In this document: positions 51,240 to 60,837 of the stretch, in pieces | How positions within the stretch are numbered: the first letter of the stretch is position 1 | Layout of the letters: every line of letters starts with the position of its first letter | IMG/VR virus record: IMGVR_UViG_3300028920_000022 | Coordinates: 310,001-374,000 of that record | Direction: 5' to 3' (one strand) | DNA length: 64,000 bases | The notes under the pieces: generated by a model | Databases searched by the model: none | What the model saw: only the letters and a program-made list of their open reading frames with translations | Told to the model about the DNA's origin: nothing | Translations under genes and position numbers: made by a program

Positions 51240-51626
51240 ATGGGAACTTATTCAGAACGAGTTATTGGGTATGAGTTTGGACCTGTTGTTATTTCAACTA
51301 TCACTACAGTTACTGTGGGAACGATTGATGGAACCGATTTGAGAGGAATAACACAGAATTATAGCGCAGACGTTGAAATTCATGCGGTCCGATATGGAGG
51401 TGCTACGGGTTATACAGGTACAGCTACCAACACCGCGTCTGCGGAGCGAGGCACTGGTGACGTTCTTTGTCATAATGGTACGGCTGTTCTACTTGGAAAT
51501 GGTATAGCGAATGTATCGTTGGATGATAGTGGAACCGACATTTTAGTCAAATTGTCGACTAATCAGAATGGAGCCATGTCACACTTTGTCTGGCTTGTAT
51601 TTCGGGTAGCGGGTGATGTAGCATGA
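51240..51626 (+). CDS. Hypothetical beta-rich protein (possibly fibre-associated)
   Basis: 128-aa ORF directly after the fibre gene, with GGAG RBS. Confidence 0.5.
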   Translation: MGTYSERVIGYEFGPVVISTITTVTVGTIDGTDLRGITQNYSADVEIHAVRYGGATGYTGTATNTASAERGTGDVLCHNGTAVLLGNGIANVSLDDSGTDILVKLSTNQNGAMSHFVWLVFRVAGDVA

Positions 51627-52408
51627 GAATTACTGTTCTTTGCCCAACACATCGCGGTCCAACTGAGTTGCTTAGTGTGACCCGAATGTTTCGGAATCAG
51701 CGTCACCAGGATCGGCGATTGGTGTTTATTGAGAACGGACCTGCGCTGGGCGTCTCACGGTCGTTAGGAATTGTTGCGGATGCTGTGATGCAGTCCGATC
51801 ATTCCAAAGTTTCGGCGCTCAACGTCGGGTTGGCGTGGCTCCGCACGCATGGAGGCGGGGCTTGGGCTTTATGGGATGATGACGACTACTATGGTCCTGA
51901 ATATTTAACCGGAGTAGCTGTTGTTTTGCCAAAATATAATTTGATTGGTAAACGTTCCTTATATGTACGCCGTAATGATGGGCGGTTGTGGTTGATAGAA
52001 CGTTCTGCCGGATGGCCACTTGGTCATAGCTTTGCTGGTTGGTCGGATTGTTGTGATTTTCGTGAGTGTAATAGGTGGGGAGAAGATGATTTCTTCGTAC
52101 AAGATATGTTAGATCATGGTGCACAAATTGGCGACTCTGGCGCCACTTCATTTGTGTGGCAACGATCAGGTGATTTATCGAAACATATTTGGCCAGCTAC
52201 GGATGACCAAATTGCCCAAATTTTAACACTTAAAAGCGCCAATAGTAAAATTATTGATTATGGAAATGCGAATCGCATATTGGTAGACTGTGTTGAGAAA
52301 CAGTCAGGAAGAGTTGTAGAACTTCCTGATTTCGATCCGCTCAACGTACCTGGAATTCCCATCGAATTCCAAGAAAAAATTAAACAGTTGAGGGTTAATA
52401 ATGGTTAG
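51623..52408 (+). CDS. Glycosyltransferase family 2 embedded in the fibre module
   Basis: RITVLCPT, ALNVG, ALWDDDDYYGPEYL, GEDD. Confidence 0.8.
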   Translation: MRITVLCPTHRGPTELLSVTRMFRNQRHQDRRLVFIENGPALGVSRSLGIVADAVMQSDHSKVSALNVGLAWLRTHGGGAWALWDDDDYYGPEYLTGVAVVLPKYNLIGKRSLYVRRNDGRLWLIERSAGWPLGHSFAGWSDCCDFRECNRWGEDDFFVQDMLDHGAQIGDSGATSFVWQRSGDLSKHIWPATDDQIAQILTLKSANSKIIDYGNANRILVDCVEKQSGRVVELPDFDPLNVPGIPIEFQEKIKQLRVNNG

Positions 52409-55400
52409 AACTAGAGAAGGATTTTTAGGCGGAATAACCATATTGGATGAGGATGGTTACGGATTGGTTACAGCTAGTAATGCCCGTATTACCAACGTTA
52501 CCGACCCTGTTAATCCACAAGATGCTGCCACTAAAAACTATGTAGATGGTTATTTTGAAGCTCATAATGAATGGAGTGAAATTTTAGCTATTGGAAATAT
52601 AACTGATGGAAATAATCCTACAATTAGTACTGGAGACAAGATTGTAGGAGAAACAGATCTTGAATTAGACTGTGCTGCTGATGGATATGTAATAGTTAAT
52701 GCTGGTGGAACTGAAATTGTTCGTTTCGGTTTGGGAAGCTTGGCGATGCAGTTTGGGGATTCTGATAATGCAATTATTGGATTCCCCACTTCGGCTACTG
52801 ATGGTGTTAGCCTTACTATTAGGGGACAGGGTGGGAACGCAAGTTTCGCAGATGGCGGAAATGTGTTTATCATGGGTGGTGATAGCGGTGGCGGTGGCGG
52901 TTCTGCTGGTGGAAATGTTAACATTTCATCTGGCGACGGCTCGGGGGGCTCCCCGGGTGACATTAATATTGAAACCCCAGCCGTGACAAGTTCTTGTGGC
53001 GGAAGTATTAATATAAACACCGCCAACTCTAGCGCTTGTGGTCCTGGTGGAATTTTTGTCACTGTTGGAAATACTTCTGCTGGTTATGGTGACAGCTACT
53101 CATATAGTCCTAATGTTGGCTCGATACCATCTCCAGTATCTTATAAACTTGTTTTAAGAACAGAAGACGGATCTGCTGTAGGCAGTTGCGGAGGTATTTT
53201 ATTTAAAGTTGGTGATGCCAATTATACCCCAGCTCCATTGACTTTAATTGGTGGTGACTCATCTTCTGCTACAGGGACCAAGGGTGGAGATGTTATAGTT
53301 CGTTCGGGTAATAGTGACTTTGGTGAAGGTGGGGACCTTTTTATTATATCGGGATCATCTAGTGGTACCGGAGATGGTGGAGATATTTATATTCGTACCG
53401 GAGATGGTGGAGTAGGTGCCGGGGATGGCTATATTATCTTCGAAGCCACTTCGAGTAATGAAATTGCTCAATTTAATAATTTAAACGGAAATCCTACACT
53501 TCAATTTGGCAATCATGGAGCCGCACTAATTACACAAGATAGCATAGCAACTGCCGCTGAAGCGTTTACCATTAGAGCACAATCTTCCACTGGTTCAACT
53601 GGCGGTGATTTAGAATTATATTCTGGTGATTCTGCTTATGCCCAGTACCCAGGTGATGTTAACATTTACAGCGGTGTTGGTGGAGGACAAGTTTATTCTG
53701 GTAATATTAATCTTTCTACGGATTTGGGGTATACTTCGATCGGTGGTGGCGGCAATATTTCTATTACCACAAATCAAAGCAATGGTTTGAGGGGTGGATC
53801 TATTCTTTTGCAAACCGGTGACGCTTCTAGTGGTGGCCCAGGTACTATCACAATTGCAACCGGAAATGCGAATTCTGGCACTGGGAACCAACATATCAAT
53901 ATAACTGCCGGAAACCAAATCGCTTCATTTAGCGGCGCAGCGGGTAGCGTAAATCTTACTTCCGGAAATGGTACCGGAACATCTGATGCCGGAAGTGTAA
54001 CACTTACAGCAGGAAATTGTGATACTGGGGCGCCAGGAACAATTCTTCTTGTTGCTGGAGATGCCGGCGGCGGAGTAGATGGTGGCGACGTTACTATTCG
54101 AAGTGGATCTGGCGGCAGCGGAGCAGGAGATGGTTATATTATTTTTGAAGCCAGTGTTAGCGGTGAAATTGCTCAATTCAACAATTTAAACGGAAATCCT
54201 ACACTTCAGTTTGATAATCACGGATCTGCAGAAATTAATGGATCTCAAAATTTCTCAATCTATGGGTTAGATAGCGGAACCGTTGATACTTTAATGATGG
54301 GATTGAGCGGTGATAATCTTTTGGTTGGCGATGGCACAAGCGTTGATGATGTGAGGTTGCAATCAGCAACCGCGGTTGAAGCATGGGTTGCAGGATCCAG
54401 AGTGATCGAAATGAGTACCGGCAGTCTTTTCTTTGCATCAGCGGTTGCCGGACCGGTTATTCAACAAGAGCAGACAGGCAACGAAAATTGTGATGATTTG
54501 ACATTACACGCTCAAAATGTCGTAGTAACAGCTGGTGGTCCATTTACTGCAGGAGATATGGTCGTTGCAGCCGGGCAGGTTTCATCAGATAGTGGCGCCG
54601 GCACCAGTAGTGGTGGTGATGTAATCTTACAACACGGAAAATACCAAGACACTGGTTTGCTTCAAGGCGCTAAATTAGGACAAGATGTAAATGGACAATA
54701 TATAAGTGTAGGAGCCGCTTCGGTTTCATCAACCGGCATGGTGCGTGGACCGGAAGACTTCTCGATCTATGGATTAAACACTACTCCGGCTAATGCTAGA
54801 TTAATAGCTTTTGATGATGACGATCTTAGAGTTGGTGATACTAATAATAGCAATTTGTATCTTTCAACTGGTCCCGCTGCGGGAGCCGACGGGTATGTTG
54901 TTTTAGAATCTGATGTTAATGAAATTGTTAGGTTTAGCAGTGATGGAACAGGGGATGCATTTATAGGGTTTGATGTTGGATTTACTAATGGTATTGGTTT
55001 AGCCATAGAGGCTCAAACTACCATGGCTGGAATTGGTGGCGAGCTTTATTTAGCCGCAGGTGATAGTAGCTCTGGATTCGATGGAAATGATGTAACTATA
55101 AAATCTGGCACAGCAGGTGCCGGGCCAGGTAGTGATGGATACATTATTGGAATGATTGGCGGCACAACTGAGTTTACAATAGGACCCAATTACTTTGCGC
55201 ATAGCCCTAATGGATGTAATGTTTCTAGAACAGGTTATTGGCGTAACGGAGAAATATTAGACATTGCTGCACTTGTGAACGGAGGAGCGTTTGATGCCAA
55301 TATTTTGTGGTGGTACAATGATACACTTTTACTTGGAGATGCTACTCGTTCTGACTCTTCTACTTTAGCATCTAATACTGCAGTAAATTTGCGTATTGGT

Positions 55401-56765
55401 AATGATGGTGTTTTTAGGGTTCGTAGTGGCTGGGTAGAAATTCACCCTAATGGAGCCGCCAGCTCTGGGCTTGGAACCATTGCCGGACCTGAAAATTTTG
55501 ACATTTATGGGTTAAATACTGTTCCTGCTGACGCAAGACTAATAGGGCTGGATGGTAACGATCTTCGTGTTGGTGACGCTAATAATAGCAATTTGTATCT
55601 GTCAACCGGACAAGCCGTACCATCTGGGGTTGATGGATATATTATATTCGAACGTGGCTCCGGAAATGAAATATTTAGAGTAGATGAAGATGGTTATAAT
55701 AATATAGATCGTATTTTCTTCTATGGTGATCGTGATTATGATACCATGATTACTAGAGATATTCCAGGAGCTACCACTAGTAACTTATCTAGAGATTTAA
55801 TCATACAAGGACAAACTGGATATTATCCAAATAGATCTGGAAATCTTATCTTGTCCAGCGGTGACTTGACTTCCTACGGTAGTGGAAGTCTGTATGGCGC
55901 CATTGAGTTTCATATTGGAGGATATGAGTCCGATACCACCTTTAAGATGAATGATGATGGTAGAATTGAGTGGGGCGCTGATAGTTTGATGGGGCTTGTG
56001 GCTACTAGTACTACAGGCGCCGGTGCGACTATGGAAATATACGCTCAAGAATCTTCCGCCAATAACGGTGGAGATGTAGATATCCGAGGCGGAGAGGCTT
56101 CTGGTGTGACGGGCGATGGTGGTGATGTTGATATCACTGGAGGAGCATGTCCTAGCAATACCGGCGGAAATGTTAATATATATTCTGGTGATGGTGACGC
56201 AAGCGGTGTGGTCAATATAGGCTATAGCGGATCCTTTGATATCGTTACTTTTGGGGTACAGACACTTGTTGAACCAACGACTGCATACTACATTTCTCGC
56301 TCTAGAGTAGCATCTTCTGATGAATACGCCCTGAAAGCTTTTTCTCCTAATTCGGTATTAACTACACTTGCCCCAAATGGTACCGCTGATGGCTATACCC
56401 AACAGGTTATCTTTGAAGTAGGAACAACAACTACTTGGAATGGCGATCAGGAAACCTGTTTGGCCGTTGCTATACCTACAAATTATTATGGGAAAATAAC
56501 TGTGGATGTTACCGCAGAAGACCAGGCTGATCCCCAGAACGCTTATGGCTATGCTAATTCGTTCTTGATCAGTAATGATGCAGGTGTAGTTACCATCAGA
56601 GATAGTAGCCTGGCTCCTACTGAACAAGATCCTCAGGCTACCGGTGTGTCAGCGACAGTAGATGCAAATGGTGATGATGTTAGGGTTAGAGTAACAGGTA
56701 ATGTTGGAGAAAATTGGACCTGGACAGCTATGATGCATGGAATTGTATGTGAGCGTAGTGTATGA
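52401..56765 (+). CDS. Glycine-rich fibre-like virion protein with internal duplicated modules
   Basis: RITNVTDPVNPQDAATKNYVD neck motif, GGD-x-x-I repeats, duplicated modules; 10 DGY. Confidence 0.7.
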   Translation: MVRTREGFLGGITILDEDGYGLVTASNARITNVTDPVNPQDAATKNYVDGYFEAHNEWSEILAIGNITDGNNPTISTGDKIVGETDLELDCAADGYVIVNAGGTEIVRFGLGSLAMQFGDSDNAIIGFPTSATDGVSLTIRGQGGNASFADGGNVFIMGGDSGGGGGSAGGNVNISSGDGSGGSPGDINIETPAVTSSCGGSININTANSSACGPGGIFVTVGNTSAGYGDSYSYSPNVGSIPSPVSYKLVLRTEDGSAVGSCGGILFKVGDANYTPAPLTLIGGDSSSATGTKGGDVIVRSGNSDFGEGGDLFIISGSSSGTGDGGDIYIRTGDGGVGAGDGYIIFEATSSNEIAQFNNLNGNPTLQFGNHGAALITQDSIATAAEAFTIRAQSSTGSTGGDLELYSGDSAYAQYPGDVNIYSGVGGGQVYSGNINLSTDLGYTSIGGGGNISITTNQSNGLRGGSILLQTGDASSGGPGTITIATGNANSGTGNQHINITAGNQIASFSGAAGSVNLTSGNGTGTSDAGSVTLTAGNCDTGAPGTILLVAGDAGGGVDGGDVTIRSGSGGSGAGDGYIIFEASVSGEIAQFNNLNGNPTLQFDNHGSAEINGSQNFSIYGLDSGTVDTLMMGLSGDNLLVGDGTSVDDVRLQSATAVEAWVAGSRVIEMSTGSLFFASAVAGPVIQQEQTGNENCDDLTLHAQNVVVTAGGPFTAGDMVVAAGQVSSDSGAGTSSGGDVILQHGKYQDTGLLQGAKLGQDVNGQYISVGAASVSSTGMVRGPEDFSIYGLNTTPANARLIAFDDDDLRVGDTNNSNLYLSTGPAAGADGYVVLESDVNEIVRFSSDGTGDAFIGFDVGFTNGIGLAIEAQTTMAGIGGELYLAAGDSSSGFDGNDVTIKSGTAGAGPGSDGYIIGMIGGTTEFTIGPNYFAHSPNGCNVSRTGYWRNGEILDIAALVNGGAFDANILWWYNDTLLLGDATRSDSSTLASNTAVNLRIGNDGVFRVRSGWVEIHPNGAASSGLGTIAGPENFDIYGLNTVPADARLIGLDGNDLRVGDANNSNLYLSTGQAVPSGVDGYIIFERGSGNEIFRVDEDGYNNIDRIFFYGDRDYDTMITRDIPGATTSNLSRDLIIQGQTGYYPNRSGNLILSSGDLTSYGSGSLYGAIEFHIGGYESDTTFKMNDDGRIEWGADSLMGLVATSTTGAGATMEIYAQESSANNGGDVDIRGGEASGVTGDGGDVDITGGACPSNTGGNVNIYSGDGDASGVVNIGYSGSFDIVTFGVQTLVEPTTAYYISRSRVASSDEYALKAFSPNSVLTTLAPNGTADGYTQQVIFEVGTTTTWNGDQETCLAVAIPTNYYGKITVDVTAEDQADPQNAYGYANSFLISNDAGVVTIRDSSLAPTEQDPQATGVSATVDANGDDVRVRVTGNVGENWTWTAMMHGIVCERSV

Positions 56766-57685
56766 AAAAGTTAGTACATAATATTCTGCACCCAACAAAT
56801 ATCCCAAATTGCAAATTATGGTGGGAAGGAGATTTTACCCCTAACGCGGGTAACGTTATAGATGCTGATGGTGATGATTATGTTTATTCTTCTATTCCCA
56901 ATCGCGGAGAACTTGGAGGAGACTTTAGTTCTGCCACTTATAAACCATTAGTTTCTCACCTAGAGAGCGGAGGTTTTCCTAGAAGAGTACCATATTTTAC
57001 AGACGGTTATCAAATAAGCTCTTTGGCTCCAAGTAGCTGGAAGTTTTTGCATAAGGAATTTACTCTTGTGTTTGTAGTTTTTTGTGCCGATACAGGTACA
57101 ATATTTAGTACTTTTAGTGATCCTAGTGATTCAGGAATAGATATAGTTTTGTGGAAAGAAGCGGATGGTGGAGATATAACATTGTATGTTGGTGATGGTT
57201 CTGGTGGCGTGGCTATAAATGATAGCGCCCATGGTTTAACGGATAATATATTACATGTGTGTTCAATTAGATTAGCACAAACCGGTTATGATGTTAGGAT
57301 TGATCAAGAAACAAAATTAGAAGATGTTCCAGCTTGGCCGTTAACTGTGGATGATCCCCCAGATACCTTAAACATTGCATGCCGAAGCGGAGTTACTAAT
57401 CAATTTACGGGTAATCTAATCGCTGCTGTTGCATATGATGGCTATCTGGCTTTAGAGCAATTGGAACAAATAGAATATCACTTTATCTCTAAATATGGAG
57501 ATCAAAGCGTTCATGTGGCTCAAAAACCTACTTTTTATTTTAATATTGATATGACACCCTATGGTTATCATATAGACGTTGAAAATCCGGATTCGGGGTT
57601 GTATGCGAATAGATTGGCGGATTTTTCTGGGAATGCTCATGATGCTTTCCAAAATACCAAAAATAAACAGGGAAAAATAGATTAG
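56762..57685 (+). CDS. LamG-like receptor-binding/fibre protein, short paralog of 58273 and 60834
   Basis: CKLWWEGDF..SIPNRG, WKFLH, KPTFYF, DFSGNAH..QNTKNKQG all align with the N-terminal parts of the two downstream genes. Confidence 0.65.
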   Translation: MKKLVHNILHPTNIPNCKLWWEGDFTPNAGNVIDADGDDYVYSSIPNRGELGGDFSSATYKPLVSHLESGGFPRRVPYFTDGYQISSLAPSSWKFLHKEFTLVFVVFCADTGTIFSTFSDPSDSGIDIVLWKEADGGDITLYVGDGSGGVAINDSAHGLTDNILHVCSIRLAQTGYDVRIDQETKLEDVPAWPLTVDDPPDTLNIACRSGVTNQFTGNLIAAVAYDGYLALEQLEQIEYHFISKYGDQSVHVAQKPTFYFNIDMTPYGYHIDVENPDSGLYANRLADFSGNAHDAFQNTKNKQGKID

Positions 57686-57717
57686 CTAATATTTCGACAT
57701 CACAATAAAGGAGAAAT

Positions 57718-58269
57718 ATGAGCGGTTTTGGTCCATCAAGTGTAGCTACTATTCAAGCCGATATTACCGCAATTGAAACCGATCTTGCGTCAATTGAAGA
57801 TCGTGCTGTCACTATTCCCGCTGGTACTACTTCAGTAGCAGAGCGGTTTATTACGCCATTAACGGCACATGTAGCTTCTCAAGCTTTACCTGTAGCTGGG
57901 GCTTTTACAAATCAAGCTTTGGCAGCCATACCTGATGGAGCGAAGCGAATCATATTTTGGGTTGCATTTACCCGAGGCTCTGCCACAAGTTCGGCTAGAT
58001 TTAGAGTAGAATTTAGCCCTGATGATGCCAACGGGTATAGAACTTCTGTTATCAATGATTCTAGTTTTTATTCTTCTGGGCAGGAAGGTAATGTTGAGTT
58101 TTATACAGAAACTGTTGAAGGTCCGGTGCCTGATGCGGCTGCAGCTACGAGGTATATATTAGCTTTTGATATACCATCTGGATCCAGTTCGTTTAGGCTT
58201 TTAGCGGCAGAAATGGGAGATGTGGGAAACCCGGGAACAATAGCTATAGATTATGTGGCAGAAGGATAA
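57718..58269 (+). CDS. Hypothetical virion protein
   Basis: 183-aa ORF with AAGGAG RBS; short N-terminal coiled coil then beta-rich domain. Confidence 0.55.
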   Translation: MSGFGPSSVATIQADITAIETDLASIEDRAVTIPAGTTSVAERFITPLTAHVASQALPVAGAFTNQALAAIPDGAKRIIFWVAFTRGSATSSARFRVEFSPDDANGYRTSVINDSSFYSSGQEGNVEFYTETVEGPVPDAAAATRYILAFDIPSGSSSFRLLAAEMGDVGNPGTIAIDYVAEG

Positions 58270-58272
58270 AAA

Positions 58273-60837
58273 ATGGTTCTTGGTTCATTTGCTAAAAGAA
58301 CATTATTAAACCCTGGTAGTGTAACTAGAGTTTCTGCTGGTACTAAATTAACTTATGCGTCTAATGTGCCGATTCCGACATTATGGGTTGAGTTTGATTA
58401 TGGGACCTCGATTGACTCTGCTTCTGAGCCGTGGGTGTATTCGTCGGTAACGAACCGGGGCACGTTGGGCGGAACATTTTCGTCTGCCGGAGCTGCGAGG
58501 CTTCAGGTCGCGCACATCGAGAGTGGTAGCTTTGCGCGTCAGGTTGCGCGGGGAGACGGAAGCGCGACGTATGCGGACTGGAGTGCTGCCCTAGCGGACC
58601 AGAAGTTCCTGCACGGCGATAAGGTAATGATCGACCTCACCTTGCGAGTGAACAGCTTTACCGCTGGCGACACGGTGATCGATTCCTGCGCTTGGGGCGG
58701 AGGAAACACCGGGATCCTTGTCTACGTGTCGGCCGTTGGGCAGCTGACAATCGTGCTCAATAATGGCACGGGCACGACGTGCGTTGCCTACACAACCGGT
58801 AGTAACAATATCGTAGCTGGTACGGTTCACACCGTGACCTTGATCCACGATTCGACCCGTTCGCCGCAGACCGAAGTTCTAGTCGACGGAGTGCAGGTCA
58901 ACACCCATGCCATGACGGGTACGCCGTCTACCGGTAATGCGACCTATTCGTTGCGCTTGGGACACCGCAATTCGGGCGGCACCGCGTTTGATGGTCAAAT
59001 CCTTGCGCTCGTTGCTCGTGTTGGCACGTATGTAGCGGCAGAGGGTGCGCTAGTGCGTGGCTACCTCTCCGCGAAGTACCAGCAGCAGAACGCTCAGTCT
59101 CTCCAAGTGCCGACATTCTATTTTAATCTTTCTGTTTATGACGATTATACGATTGACACTGGCAATGCGGAGCCGGGAGACCAAGTAAATCGAATTATAG
59201 ATCTTAGTGGAAATATTCATACTGCGATCCAGAACACCGACGCCAAGCAAGGCACCCTCGGCACCGACAGCGACGGTAACACCGAGATCGCGGTGGACGG
59301 AACGGCGGACTACTACGGGGTTGCGGCTGGTGGCGGTTGGCCGTCGGGAACAAGCCACACGATCTGGGCCGAACTTGACAGCGACAACCCGACTGTCCCA
59401 ACAGAGTTTTTGTTCGATTTCCAAACCGGGCGACTTGCGCTTGGGACGCGGATGGGCGGGACCGGAAAGGCAGGAATATACATATCCGGATATACCGGAG
59501 TCGCTGACAACATCGCTGGTGAACAGTCACTAGAGTGGCACCTCGACGACACCGCTAACACGGTAAGCATGTACCGGACCGGGCAATACTTGGGAGAGGG
59601 CGCGTACATTGGATCAATTGCTATGGGCGGGACCGTCACCCTGGGCATTCACCACAACGGTAGCTCAGCCCCATGGGACGGGGCATTCCAAGAACTCTGG
59701 GCCCGCGATTCCCTCCAGTCCACTACCGAAATCTTCGAGTCCCGCGCCGCACGAGCCGCACGCTACCCGACGCGGTGGGCGGACACGCTGCCGCTGGTTG
59801 TACCGGTGGGCCCCGAAGGTTGCTGGTTCGATACGAGTGACGCGGCGAATTTCGTGCTGGATGGGACCGACATCATCGTCGCCAAGGACTGCAGCCGGCT
59901 GATTGACGATCCGGTCAGCAATGGGGACTTTGAGACGGGCAGTCCGCCGAGCGATTGGACTGCTATTAGCGGTGATACCCTGTCGGCACAGGCAGGCGCG
60001 CGAACCGGCGGCAGTGGTTCACAGATCCTTCGCGGTAGGATCGAGATAGGAGACACGCTTGGATATGCCGTGCAGTCCTGCCTCACGGTTGGACAGCGAT
60101 CCATGTTCGACATTTGGATGCGCGGTGACGGTACCAACGGCTACCCGAGGGTAACGGACAGTGGCGGGGTGAATGTCTGGACCGGGACCACATCCAACAC
60201 GTGGCAGCACGCAATAGCTGTCGTGAACTCGAACCACGCCGATCTAACGCTGCAGACACGTGGTGACAACGCGACCCAGGACTACGCCGAATTTGACGAC
60301 CTGATCGTCACCCCCGGCAACCACGCCTACCAGCCCACCGCCGCGAACCGGCCGACGTATGACGTGGCGAACGGGTGTATGAACTTCGTGGCGGCGAACT
60401 CGGAGTGGGCGGACACGGGGATCGTACCGGGCGTGGCTGGGTCGGTTGACTTGTGGGTCAAGCAGACTGCCGGCACCTACGCATGGGGAGCGTACAACGC
60501 TGGCGCGAACAAACTCTGGCTCCAGAACAGCGGCGGAAATTGGCTCCTCGCGCTGGGGACGGATACGCTGCCGAGCGGGGTTGCAGTGTCCGGTGCGTGG
60601 CAACACGTAACGTGCACGTGGGGTGCCGGAGCATATTCGATCACCGTCGATGGCACGCGAGTGACCGGGACATACACCAGCGGGCTACCAACGATCGCAA
60701 TCTTCCTCGCGTGCCGTAACTTGATCGGCGTAGCAAACACGTTCAGCGATGTCCAAATCAGCGGCTACCAGCATCGCCCCTACGCCATGACTGCCGATCA
60801 AATTGCGTACCTCCACACCCTCGGGCGCAACCCATGA
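58273..60837 (+). CDS. Multi-LamG/CBM-like putative receptor-binding protein (GC mosaic)
   Basis: LamG-like repeats (VDLWVK, WQHVTCTW, ITVDG) and CBM-like SNGDFETG..W; paralog of 60834-63386. Confidence 0.7.
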   Translation: MVLGSFAKRTLLNPGSVTRVSAGTKLTYASNVPIPTLWVEFDYGTSIDSASEPWVYSSVTNRGTLGGTFSSAGAARLQVAHIESGSFARQVARGDGSATYADWSAALADQKFLHGDKVMIDLTLRVNSFTAGDTVIDSCAWGGGNTGILVYVSAVGQLTIVLNNGTGTTCVAYTTGSNNIVAGTVHTVTLIHDSTRSPQTEVLVDGVQVNTHAMTGTPSTGNATYSLRLGHRNSGGTAFDGQILALVARVGTYVAAEGALVRGYLSAKYQQQNAQSLQVPTFYFNLSVYDDYTIDTGNAEPGDQVNRIIDLSGNIHTAIQNTDAKQGTLGTDSDGNTEIAVDGTADYYGVAAGGGWPSGTSHTIWAELDSDNPTVPTEFLFDFQTGRLALGTRMGGTGKAGIYISGYTGVADNIAGEQSLEWHLDDTANTVSMYRTGQYLGEGAYIGSIAMGGTVTLGIHHNGSSAPWDGAFQELWARDSLQSTTEIFESRAARAARYPTRWADTLPLVVPVGPEGCWFDTSDAANFVLDGTDIIVAKDCSRLIDDPVSNGDFETGSPPSDWTAISGDTLSAQAGARTGGSGSQILRGRIEIGDTLGYAVQSCLTVGQRSMFDIWMRGDGTNGYPRVTDSGGVNVWTGTTSNTWQHAIAVVNSNHADLTLQTRGDNATQDYAEFDDLIVTPGNHAYQPTAANRPTYDVANGCMNFVAANSEWADTGIVPGVAGSVDLWVKQTAGTYAWGAYNAGANKLWLQNSGGNWLLALGTDTLPSGVAVSGAWQHVTCTWGAGAYSITVDGTRVTGTYTSGLPTIAIFLACRNLIGVANTFSDVQISGYQHRPYAMTADQIAYLHTLGRNP

